Origin: Fimbriosthenelais zetlandica
Lineage: Eukaryota
Assembly: GCA_977030845.1 (NCBI GenBank)
Contig: OZ365109.1
Location: 58,962,001-59,026,000, forward strand
Direction: 5' to 3'
DNA: 64,000 nucleotides
In this document: one piece after another, positions 21,901 to 34,400 of the stretch
Position numbering within the stretch: the first letter of the stretch is position 1
How the letters are laid out: each line of letters opens with the position of its first letter
Made by a program: the position numbers and the translations under genes
Notes under the pieces: model-generated
Databases searched by the model: none
What the model was told of the DNA's origin: nothing
The model's input: the letters and a program-made list of their open reading frames with translations, nothing else

Positions 21901-23399
21901 TGTGCGTGTCTTGGGGCTCTGGATGTTTCTGCTTTGAAACATTGTTGATCAAATGTCGGAGGGAAGCAGTAATCCCTCAAGGTCTGTCTCATTAATACAT
22001 CTAGTAAGTCAATGATTAGATCTTATGCTCCAGTTTTCAGCCCCACTATAACCACTGTAATCCTAAACCCAGCTTCCCTCAAGACTCAACCATTTGAAAA
22101 AGGGATTTTTGATAAACATCATGTATACAGGTCTATCCAAAAAAAGATCAGCTTTCATTTCTTGTGGGCTATTAATATCTTGCTTAACATGAAATAGAAA
22201 TTGCTTGACATGAAATCAAAAAATAAACACGAATTCCTGGATTTTGCTTCAGGAAGTTTTTCAGTCCTATAACAGTTAAACACGATGTGAATAATGTGTT
22301 GTGTAGATACTGCGCCCTGACTAGTCTTCTTGTGTTTCTAAGTACTCTTAACTTTCACTAAAATTTAGTGGGTGGGGTCTCCAGTCATCTTAGCAAGAAC
22401 CCCGGCTTATCACATCCATTTAACTTAGATTTCTCTTTTTTCTCCGCCCGGTTCGGGTTTAATTGCTGACAGTGTCTGATCGGGATATAAATTACCATTG
22501 TTTACGAAAACTAAGATGGTAATTGGCTCAATGTAATAGACGCCTCTAGCCATATAAAACCCGCGAACGTTGTCTTACCATAGGGCTGCCTCCTATCACT
22601 CATATAAATGACACTATCACTCAGGAGAATCTTCCTCGCTACTGAACGAGGTTATCGGCGTGTAATTGATATATTTTCTGCTGCAGATTGTGAGGAAAAA
22701 GTCCCCCATCTTTTTACCAACATTGTCTGTTACGAACTGTTTCTGGGGTAAAGGATCATTCATGGAAGTGTGAATCGGACATTTACCTATGTTCTGTAAT
22801 CATATTTTTTATACTTGAGACATCAATTCAAACTGATAGGAATTGCTTCAGACTGAAAGTATGTAATTCCCTGGTCTATTCCAAGGACACCTTTATTTGC
22901 TTGGACAGCCCTCAGAAAGACAGAATATGTAAGGCATATGTGGCATTTTGTGTGGATATATACATCTACTAAGCTTGCCCTGTCTGAGCTAAGATATATA
23001 GCCTATCAGCTGTGAGTAGTATACTTCTATTGGAGACGTTAGTCTGGCCAGATAGAGACGGAATGGCTGCAGTGCTTGGTATGGAATGGCTGATCAATAG
23101 CACTACAACGTCACTGTAGGGGTGACCATGATCTGATCAATACACAGAATCATATATCAGTTTGAGCAATAGCATCAGGGGCTGCCATATGGGTAAGGTG
23201 ATTTCACATAGCCCGGGGTAAAAATTATATTACTGGAGCCCTACATTATACAATTTCCCAAGCAGTGTAACCCAGTGCCCCAACCCCACCTCGCCCTCCC
23301 CCCACCCGCGACACTCTCCCATCCACACTACCTCTAGGATATTGACATATGTCTCTAGTATGAGATCAATAAATCATGTTGTATTGGCTTGTTAGCTTC

Positions 23400-26300
23400 C
23401 TGTCGCTTTCAATCCTCTTGTCTCTTCTCAGACTGAAGACTGGTGTGTTATATTTGGGTGTTACAATCTCACAGAATTCATCCCTACTTCGGACAACCGA
23501 GGGTTCGGAATATGTCACCAACTTGATCCTGAAGTATCTATTTATGTTTAAATTCTCTTTAATGGAGAGTCATGGCTGGAGCAAACTGCTCACTTAAGTT
23601 CAATAAATTTTCAGGTAGTCTCGGTGCTGGATCAATGATATATTATCAGGTGAAAGCTGATGTCACTTAAATCCATTTAATTTGAGCAGAGGAGGTGCAA
23701 AAGTTATTGCAAAAACCTATTCAAACTGCTTCGGATATGTTTTATTCCCCATTAGTCTTCGCAAGAATCTGTCACTGTAGGATGCCATTATAAAATAAGT
23801 TTAGGAGCCTATGTCCTATGCACTCAGTCTATGTATTCCTTGTGGGAAAAGGCACAAAATATATGTTGCACTGTGGGAACAGAAGGCTTGCATAAATTGG
23901 AATTTTCCCTTCCTATAATAACAAGCGGCACAGCAAATAAGCTCCATCCTGCTGCTGTTTTATAAGAGCTATGGTTGGAAGTGCTGAGTGCATTAGTTAC
24001 ATTTACTGTTCTGTGGTCCTGCCACAGACGTATAAAAGCTCGTACGTCTTGCTGCTTTAGATTACAGCGATCTCTGCTGGTGATGACCTCTCTAGTTATA
24101 TTACAGCCTTTACACTCTCCTCTCTCCAGCCTCAGGTGCTGCAGTGACATTTCATAATGTGCTTTATCACCTGAGTCCATGAACATGACATTGCAAGTGA
24201 TTTTTACCGCACTGACGAAGATTTTTACCGCAGAGGTATGGTTTTTTTGTGTATTGATCCCAGCTTGCGTTTGCTCTTCATCAGTTGAATTAAACTAAGA
24301 TCTCTCTTCCTTTGTTCAGCCCCATTAACCATAAGAATTCCCAACACATCAATTCGCAATTTTAGTGACGCTCATAGATAATCCAATTGTGATTTTTTGT
24401 AAAGCCACTGCAAATTTACCTTCCTACTAATATTCTATGAATTTATGCACGGACTTAGTTGCCAGTTTCAACTATTTTTACTAGCCTTACCAGATGGTAT
24501 ATCATGGGATAGTCTGCATTGGACTTTGCAAATTATCCCAATTGGTACCCAAGTCCAACTCTTCCTAGGGATTCCTACATTGCCATGTAGGCAAGCTATC
24601 ACAGAACCATCCTGGTTTGGCTATGTTGTCATGGTTATCATGATTCTCTTTGGATAAGTATGACACCAACTCTGGGCTGCAAATAGCAATTAACATATCT
24701 AGCATACCACGCCCCTCTGGGAGAGAGGAAAACTGAGCGGGGTGAGGGATGAAGCTAGTACGTGCCCTGATGCCATGAGTGTCACACCCCCAAGAGCTGA
24801 CACAGAAAGGTCCCAAGATCCAGATGCAGCACCACCAATGTTAGCAACATGACCTGAAGGAACAATGAGATCGGCGACTGAACTCAAGATCTCGCCCGCT
24901 GACGCCTAACCCGGGTTGGAATGTGCTTTCTTATAGTAAACCATAGTGCGATGGTGCCATAGGTTTTTCGATGGAAAACAGTCGCATTTATAAGCTCTAG
25001 CTTACACCAATATCATGGCCCAGTCATCTAGAAAAGTACCAAAAAAAATCTACTACATCTAATATTTCCCTTATTTTCTGTTGGCAAAAAATCTGTGTCC
25101 TGCATGTTTGATAAGCCAGCAGTAGTGGTGGTAACTCCCCATTATACATACCCACATGGTCATGTTTACATCCATGTGAGCCCCTACCATGATCCTGTCA
25201 TTCAGTATTCTACTCCTCCTGTCCCCCACTACCTCGCCCTACTCTCATCCCAACCAGACATAACTTGTGTGTACTTTCCACGCTAAAGCATCGCACTAAC
25301 CTCCTTTTTCTTATACAACCTATATATATATATATTATGCCTACATATATCTGCGCAGTTCTCCCTTTCTTTCTTTTACCATTCATACATGATGTCCCCA
25401 TCCATCTTTGGCTAAACCCCCTGCTATAATGTTTCCTCTTGCCAACTTCGCTTGTTGCGCAGCAAAGACATTTAAGGGACAGCTGCATTGTTTTTTTTTC
25501 TGAGAATTTATCTGTCGATGGCTGCTTCTTTAGTTTTTTTCCCTGGCCTTGAGTTGTCGAGACACAGACCACTCCGTCATAATAATTGTGCCGTTCCCTC
25601 TGTGGTAGTGGTGGTGGTAAAATCGACCATAATGGGAACTCTCCCTGTCCCACTTCCATCGTATTTATACGTTGTATTTGCCATGAAACCAAAGAGCAAT
25701 TACTTCATTTTTTGCCCCCTGATATACATGTTTATAATACACTGGGTGTGTTGTGTGGCATTGCTAAGTTTTCTCCTGCTTGACTGTTTCCCACTTGATT
25801 GTTTAAGTGGCCAGGAACGAGATCAACAATTATTGAAGTCCACCTTTACTAATTACTTGGCTCTGACCAATATGTATTCCCCTGTGTGAACATTAATATT
25901 TTCTGAAGTATTATTTGTGAATCCTTTTTGGCACGCCTCTGATATTATTGCTGTGGTTATTCATATCGTTATTCATATCGATACTCTAGGTTCACATACA
26001 TATATGTGGCGGTAAAAGCCACTAGTGTTTCATGTCTTTCGCATATCTTTCACTATTACTATCCTGCTTTTTCGCAATAATATTAGTCTCTCCCTGTCAT
26101 TGCAATACCCCAGTTGCCACCGAAATTTCGAAATTCCTGGCTTTGTTTTGCAATATTAATCTTGTACCGTTACACGTACATGCAATTATGTCAATAACAT
26201 AATTTCTTTCCTCCATGAATTCCCTTCATTCACCATATTATATTTTTTCATGTTGGTAATATCAAATAGACAGACATCATTTCATTCAGAAAATCATCAC

Positions 26301-26540
26301 AAATTTTCACCAACAAATGAGAACTATCAAGTTTATTTGTAAAATTGTATATTTTTCTCGTATAATTGACATTATTGTCAATTCTCCAATACATTCTGTT
26401 AGTAAAGGTGTCATTTATATGATTGTGTATGAGAACTAGGTGTACCTCTATGAATCTTGTGCCGCTAGCACCTGGCCTCCTGCCAATATTATCACCTGTA
26501 TCTCTTTCCTCAATCGAAAAAACAAGGCAATAAAATGTCT
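23400..26540 (-). mobile_element. Highly degenerate CR1/L2-like LINE ORF2 remnants (AP endonuclease to start of RT)
   Basis: Stop- and frameshift-interrupted - strand peptides in the expected order: NIGRRPGAS (~YRPP), INDTFTNRMYW (~GDFNxPxIxW), ICDDFLNEMM..LPT*KNII (~DxFLxQxVxxPTRxxNILD), FRNFGGNW, and near 23650-23480 SPDNIS...EIVTPKY. Matches are by eye and weak. Boundaries are approximate. Confidence 0.35.
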
Positions 26541-27192
26541 ACCAGCGTATTTCATTTCTAATATTCACAAATACAATATATAGTTTTAATTCTTATCAAA
26601 CACCATTGTATAGTATTGTTCTACTTTGGGCTTAACCTTAATTAGGAGCAGTAATTGATACTAAATGGTTTTACAATACTATTTCCACCCCTCACTATTT
26701 CCCATTTCAGTGGTCTAGTTAGTACACTGATGCACTGATGTTTTGATCCATAATTTAAGGACGGTTCAGTAGTCCACTGGTGCTATTGGATCTATGGTCT
26801 ACTTACGAAGAGGCATGCATTCACCTATTATATGGGTCGGCCTTATAGGGATCAAGACAAATAATTATTTGTCACTTTAAAGATTATCTGTACTTAAAAT
26901 CAACTTTAACTTTAAATCAGTGACAGTGTTTAAGCATAGTGGTAGACCTGTAAAACCTTCTATTTCATCTAAATATTTGTTAAACAGGTCTATAAATAAA
27001 ACATAATAGGGACATGCTCTACTTCAGATAATATTTCAGGACTGATAATATTGTTCATAAACCCATCCTGAAAACCCAAAGTGGGATCAGATACTTATGT
27101 ATCACATAACAGAGATGGGAGTGTTACTTTTATCTCAGTATTTAGTCCCCATTATCTCCTTATTTTCCACCATACGATGTATGAATGAACTA

Positions 27193-27272
27193 CAGTCTGC
27201 TCACTCTAAGTTGATCCGAAACCCCCATACATTTGTACTGTGGTTTCGGATCAACTTAGAGTGAATAGACTG
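27193..27272. mobile_element. 80-bp palindromic Tc1/mariner (pogo-like) MITE
   Basis: TA|CAGTC...GACTG|TA ends. Arms 27193-27223 and 27242-27272 include a perfect 23-bp core, TCACTCTAAGTTGATCCGAAACC. Confidence 0.8.
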
Positions 27273-30200
27273 TAGTACCGGTGAATCCGTACTTGCCTCA
27301 GGTATGACACATATTACATGGTTAGTAAGGGCCAGCCCCTCGGGCCTATAAACAAGCAGCATGTCTTCTTCAGCATGTGGACACTTTAATAGGAAGAACG
27401 TGCTCTGATTTTGTATCTTTAAACTTTCATTCTTACCGACTAAATCTATTGTTTTCTGCCTCTCTAAGAGGCTTAGATAAGCGATAAAAATAACAACCGA
27501 ATCATCATTGTGTGCCATCAAAGGTGAGTCATACATATATTTTTATTGTCAAGGATAATTTACTTTTAGTTTCATTGATAGTGTCCGTGGTGCTTCTTTG
27601 TTAGCACAGTGTCTGAGTAAGATAAATTGCACCTGGACAAATGTGAGGTAACGTGAACTTAAGCAGTGACAAAAGCCTTCCTGTGTCTTATTGCCAGGTG
27701 TGTCAAAATTGGCGGGATGTGGAACCAGGCCGTTTGTTCCAGCAAATAGAATTATTACAGCCTACAGATATACGTAGGACTGTAAATAAATTACTTTATA
27801 TTTCGTAATTAAATGATCTTTAGATAATTACTCTACTCATGAAATTTAAAAGTATAATATTCATGAAAGTTCGGATTCCCTGATACGTTTTAATGAGAAC
27901 AAAATATTACTATTACAAAGCTTTGTTAAATGCTCTAAGTCTCAGAAATTCAGTTTCACTTTCAGCCTGCTAATAAGAATTCGAATTAAAATGTTGATGG
28001 AAAATATTTTAGTGGACTAAATATTATTATATATCAGAACTTTATAGATCTATGAACATATTTTTGCGACCTGTCATCATTCAAATTGGCAGTTTAAGTT
28101 CTGATCTGTGTAATATTAGTAACGTTAGTCTCCTGTCTCCTCTGACTGTAGTGAAGGAAATATGAATGATATGTCAGTGACAGTCAGTGCCAATCATTGC
28201 TATGCCAGGGTGTCTACACCTCTTGCTCTATAACCTGAATATGGGTCAATCAATACCAGCGAGCTGTGTGTGAAGGTAGTTATCTATTTGTGGTACGTAT
28301 ACATATATGTAGTGTACATTGTGCCACTATCATTTCTATCCGTACACTTTGGATTTACTAGGTCTTAGGCTGTAGTAACCAACGTGATGTATAGATTCTG
28401 TCACCTTGCCTAATAGTGTCACAAATCCCCAAAGGTGGATATCCTCCACACTGCATACTAATCAAATACCTTGCATTCATATGGAGATGAATCGTTCTAT
28501 GGCGCACCAAAGTGTCAGTATTTTCACATTTAAATTTTAAATGATATTTTTTAAACTATTGATTAAATGAGGATCATTTCCAATTCTTTATAAGAAAAAC
28601 TGATTTTTTTTATAGATCCAGGTGTTACCATTCAAAGGGCATCTTGTCTTGCCTTAGTGGAAATTAAGTGAATGGAATGATCGATTGGTGAAGGTCGTTT
28701 CTATTATTTCCCCTTTGATTAAGACTTGTCTTGTGCCACTGGAATAAAAAAAGATTTCCTCATTTCCCTAATGGAAGATTGTTCCGTGGTCTGTATGTAA
28801 ATTGAAGGCAACAGGCAAATGGATTGAGAAAGGAAGAGAGTGGTCAACTTGGTTTGGCCATTGAGTACCTTACAAATTAATCTGGTTGTTGAATATTTTA
28901 TTTGGGTAGATTGCATTGGTCCCCACCCAACACGATTTCCTAGGTATTTCTACTTGATTCCTTCCATCTTCTGTCATTAATGATTTGAAAAAAATGACAA
29001 TCAGACAGTGGTAAATTTAGATTCCTTTCATGCTGTTTATATGCCTGCTTTTGCAGTAGAAAATTGGCCCTCTGAATATCACTTGGGCAATACTCGCGAC
29101 TGGAAGGCTTCCATTATACCAATACCTCCGGCCAGTGCTGGTCAAACACTGACCTAGGGCAGGAATGGTGGTCAAGTGGAGGGAAGAGGTCTGGTTGGAG
29201 GGGGGTAATGAAAGGCTGAAGGAGCAGGCTAGGGTAGTTACATTGATCCTCGTGGACCTAAAGCTAGCAATCTTGTCACCGCTCGCCATTCATTCCCTCC
29301 GTCTCTCTCAATGGTTTCTGGGCTACTTGTATGTCCTCGTGAAGCCTGCTGACTTGGGATAAGGCTGGGAAAACTAACAGATACCCTCGGAGTTAGTGTG
29401 CTCGGTCCTGGTGGGTTGCTCTGAGTAAACATTAAACTTCTCGTGTTTCTAACACTTCATTAAAATTCAATACATTGTGAAGATAAATCATTTAAAAAAA
29501 ACTTTCCTATAGATTTAAGGCCAATTTAATAATCTACATACGTGGCAAATCCAGTGGCAAAAATACTCTTGGACCATAGAGGTATTACAACAAAGCTCCT
29601 CCAGGGCCTTTTGCATTAAGAATCTTTCCTCCCCTGCTAAAGTGTATTTCTCATCCTCTCTCTCTCCCTCTCTCTTTCTCACAATAAAGATTGAATGTGG
29701 GATTGAATCCATGCCTTAAATGACAGATAGGTGCTAGTGTAAAGGTCTGTTCCCTGTTGCTCCAGTAAAGGTATAGTCTGGGTCATGTAGAGCTCGATTA
29801 CACCATCAGTCAACCTTAAACACATGTAAAATACATCTCATCCTGACAGCATCATTTACATGCCTTATTCCTCCATGTATCATGGCAATCTGAGATGGTA
29901 AAACCTGCCGATAACACATTCATCAATGCTTTCCATACATGTAACATTAATGACTTTTGGTTATCATGGACCAAAGCTAACTAGTGCTACCAATGTCCCA
30001 GACACATGGTTTATTTATATGGGGGAAATCAAATAGATGCTTTAAATAACAGACTACAGTTCCATTTGTGGGGCTAATTACATAGAAATATTGATAAAGT
30101 CTGGCTGTATTTTGGCTAGCTTTTTTAATGCTATACTGTCTGGCATGCATCATAGTATGTGAAACACGCAGGCCTAGATGGACCAAAAAAAAATCTCTTG

Positions 30201-33200
30201 TGGCGACTCAGTTGTAATTTCCTGTTGGAAGAAGTGCTTTGTGTTTTCCTGGTATTGGTACTTGTGTTTGTAAAAAATAGTTCTCGGCCACATCCCTCTA
30301 AAGCTTCTAATCCCCTCTTATGCAAAAATAACTAAAACTAGAAATATTTTCTTGTGGCTTTAGTATCAGATTTGGCTGGGACCGGGATCCAGCACACTGT
30401 CAGTGCTTCTAGTATTTGCCTGATATCACTTCCGCCCCGTATAGGTTGTCACGTTGGTGTACGGAGCCCCGTGACAACTTCATCACCTAACAAGATAAGA
30501 TTTGTTAACATGATGAATCTGTGCTTGTATTGGGTAGGCCAGTCTCTATAAGATACTGGTAATCCTCCCCTGCCTCTCCACCTGATAGATCAGTTTATCA
30601 TTGATAAGATGGCAGTGACTGATATCCTGCCCTTCCTCCAGGCGCCATCTTCCCTTATCCCTAATACAGAGAGTGGGGAAACGGGGGGGGGGGGGGGACA
30701 CGGAAATAATGAATAACTGAATATATACATGGTTACCGCCGACTATCACAGACTGCCTCCTCTCAACCCTCCAACCCTTCAATCATCATAAATAAGTCTC
30801 TTTGCCCTGTGGTGTGTGTGACCAAGAGGAAAACCATGCTGACCAAACCCTTGACCTGTCCAGGACTCTGGTCAGCAGCCATACTATTAATAATATACAC
30901 CAACTAGGCTCATTATGTTAATATGCATCAGTGAATGAATAGAGCCAGCCGAAACGAGCATCCTCCAGTCTCACTCCTCATTGTCCTTGACCGGATTTAG
31001 GGAAGGTTATACAAGGACATACTTGTTCACTTCTTTGTTCGGGTTAAAAGCAGACCATTGACCAGTACAATAGTCTAGCAGGAAGTACCCCTTAATCCCG
31101 TACTTAATACTGAAGGGAGAGTGGATTGTGGGTTGGTATATAGTCTATAGGCTTGGGACTGGGAATTGCCATAACTGAATCGAGCCATTAATAGAGCTGG
31201 TAATGCAGGACAGGAGGCCATCTAGTGCTCGTGATTTGACATGATGAGCCCCGCTGACTGATGATGAACATTGACCACAAGTCCATGTGATGGGATGATG
31301 ACTCTGATTTCCTCTATTTGATGGTCACTAACTTCGTCAACCAAGATAAATGAAGTCTAGACTTAAGTTATAGAGAGAGCGTAGTAACTTGCTGGCTGGA
31401 ATTCTGGCTTTGGCCGATGACCTGTCAGAGAGAGTGCTTCGCCCATCGGCAAATTAGTGCAGCAAAGGGTCATTAATTTACATGTATTGACCACTGAATG
31501 CTGCAATATTGTATGGTCAATTGACATTTGGACCGCTTTGCTATATTCGCATTAGCCAATTATCTGTAGTGGTATTAAAGCACACACATCTTACTCCCAA
31601 TAAAATCTCATCCCAATAAAAAAACAAACCTAAAAACTTTACTGGTTGCATCTGTATTACTTTCATTGTCCAGGATTTGATCACGCTTCCCTGGACACAT
31701 GTCATATTTATCACTTATTACCAAGCACCTGGCGTGAAAGAATGCACCATAAACCTTAACATTTAATAACAACACCGCCAGGAAAAAAAGACTAAAAGAA
31801 AGGCCATGGCCAGATTAATATTTCCTTTATTTATGGACGTCATAGATTAGCCTTTTTATCGCGGTTTTATGCGCACCTTTTCCACTACTGCTCACAAACA
31901 AGTCTGAAGAATCAATTGTCTGGACGATAAGGTCCCCACATCTGCTATGTGACCACAAACTAAACCCTGGACCTATTTCATAATAATACGACTGTTGATT
32001 ATGAAATGTTCAGACTCTCATCATCACCTATAATAGCTATTGATCCTGGGTCACCTTGGTGATGGGGACGCCATTGTTATGCCGGGGTGGCTTCCTCACG
32101 TTGTCATGGTGATATCAAGGTCAGGGAGGGAGAGGTGATCAGTATCAGATCTTGAGGAAATGATGCGTGTTGGACCAAATGGACTCTGACCAGTATGAGA
32201 CAGAATGTCATAGTACCATGATAGTAGACCTGGGGCTGTCCTTTTATGCCTGGAAAATGTATACAACATGTACCATTGTTTCCACCTCAGTAATTGTATG
32301 CACGATTCCTATTGTTTGCTTTCTCCTTACCACAAATCTAATATTCGAGGTAATAGGTATCGATGTCTGAACCTATTGGTTGTGCTCATCTATTGATTGT
32401 CAATTTGATTTTCCCACTTAGGCCTGATATATGTAGGAACAAACCTGTAGTTAGCTGCATATGGATGCTGCAGCTGTATCCAACTTTGAATTTAACAGAA
32501 ATAAAAAACTTACTAGTGGGGCCCAGTGTAAACATTTCACACTTGAATTTAAGTTCCTGCTCTGTAAAATGTCAGTTGACTGAGAGTTGCTCTTTCACAG
32601 CCTGAGTTTCCATCAATCACACTTACCAACCATCAGCAATATTGATTGTGTCACTCAGATCTAGGATCCATCCCTCCACCGTTTACATGTGAAATTGAAA
32701 TCTACTGAATTGATACTTGTTTCCCATCCGTCCATGTACAAACGTTACCTTTGAAGGCCCTATATTATGTGCCACTTTGAATTCAGTCTAGAATTCCTTT
32801 GGCTCTGTCAGGGATGTAGTTTTAGATGTGCCCTTATGAGCACAAGTTGGCATAGATTGTATTACTCCCTGACAGACATTGCCTTTCAAATTAGCCCACA
32901 CTGTCATCTAAACCTTGGTTAATTGGTCCCGTGCTTTCCTCCTAGATTATTCATCCATATTTAATGTGATTCCCATTTTGCCCGCACCCAAGGGGAAGGA
33001 TATGCAGCCCTGGTTTTGTGAGGAGGAATGATAAATAATTAGTTTAGATTAATAGTAGTGGCCAATCACGGTGTCGATGGCCGACCTGTGTGAAACAAAG
33101 GGAGAAAAAGGTCTGAGCGGGGCTGGCCTGGTGACGTTGTTAATTTCCGCTGATCACCATTAGCTTGGCGTTCATTTCCCCCAGTAATGAGTGCATCCCT

Positions 33201-34279
33201 GACGAGCTGTGTATAGGTTTTATTAAATGGCACTCCCCCAGGACTGGAAATGGAGTGATGGGCTGTTTAACCGCTAGGTTTTTCCTTATTTTACCAATGT
33301 GTTTTAATTTGAGAAAGTTTGCAAAGATTTCCCTCCATGACAGGTCATTCATCATTTATCATCCAAATATTTCCTCTCTGAATTTTAATCAGCCTTCATT
33401 GATATGTTTTCCTATGCACGTATTTAATCGAGCTTCAGGATCAGGTAAAGCTTTTATTTGGCTTTAAAGGAGAGGAAAGCTCGGCAATTGGAGCTATAGA
33501 AAGTAAATTCCATCTCATCAGTGGAACACTTCTACCCACATTGCCAGCTCCGCCCTTGGGTAGGTTTCCCTCTCTCTCTGGCTTCTAGTGCCCATCTTTA
33601 CTCATTTCCTCTTCCCTGTACTTCTTGATTTCCCCGGAGAGTCCCGCCCAGGGCACACCCAAACATTAACTTAGTTCAATTTTTAATTGAAATGTTGATC
33701 TGTTGTGCTAGCTGTCATTCCAGCTAAGGGTTACCTCCCATTTTGCTCTAACTTTAAATCCCATCATTCTCTATCCCTTTGTTCTACTCGAAGTTATGAA
33801 ATTATAGTTTGTGAAATAAAACAAACTAAATTCATAACTATTAACGAGTTAAGGCAGATATAGAGAGATCTTCATTGATGGTAAAAATATTACAGTACTT
33901 GAAAATATTGAAAATCTATTAGCCAAGTGCTATTAAATCTGACACAAATTAGGGGTATATATATATATTATTATGATGGCCCTTTGGCACATGGAAGTGA
34001 CATGATCAAACCACTATGAGGTCACTATATAAGACAAAGAGGCCCTGCCAAAAAACTATCATTAAGTGGTTTCCTCGTTTCTAACATCTTGTATGATCTT
34101 CATCAATAGATGCTGAGGGTTACTATGACGAGAGAACTGGACTAATGCCAACACATGCCTGAGGCCATTAAACTCTCCATGAACATGTCCAGATGCCAAA
34201 TAGCCTCCTCTTCTGATATTTTGTCCACTTTTTATTTCGTTTCTCGAGATCGTAAGATCGAGTGAAACTAAATATTCTT

Positions 34280-34400
34280 AGGTGTTGCGTAACTGTAACA
34301 AGACCGCCTCGCCCCCGTGACCGCTTGGCGGCACGTGCCCGAGCAGGCGCCGTCAATAACTTGGCCCTCGCGCCGGTATCGCCCGGGATTTTATTTCACC
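34280..34400. promoter_or_regulatory. GC/CpG-rich island, promoter- or enhancer-like
   Basis: A sharp CpG-dense patch in AT-rich DNA. Palindromic E-box GGCACGTGCC at 34330-34339 and bZIP-like TTGCGTAA near 34285. The target gene is not established. Confidence 0.4.

Noticed and set aside
29977-30325. Possible LINE 3'-end traces (also 39905-40249)
   Set aside because: Only one vague motif each, too weak to call.
31241-31307. Clustered ATGATGA and CTGA boxes suggesting a C/D snoRNA
   Set aside because: The spacing is too short, and there is no terminal stem or recognisable guide.
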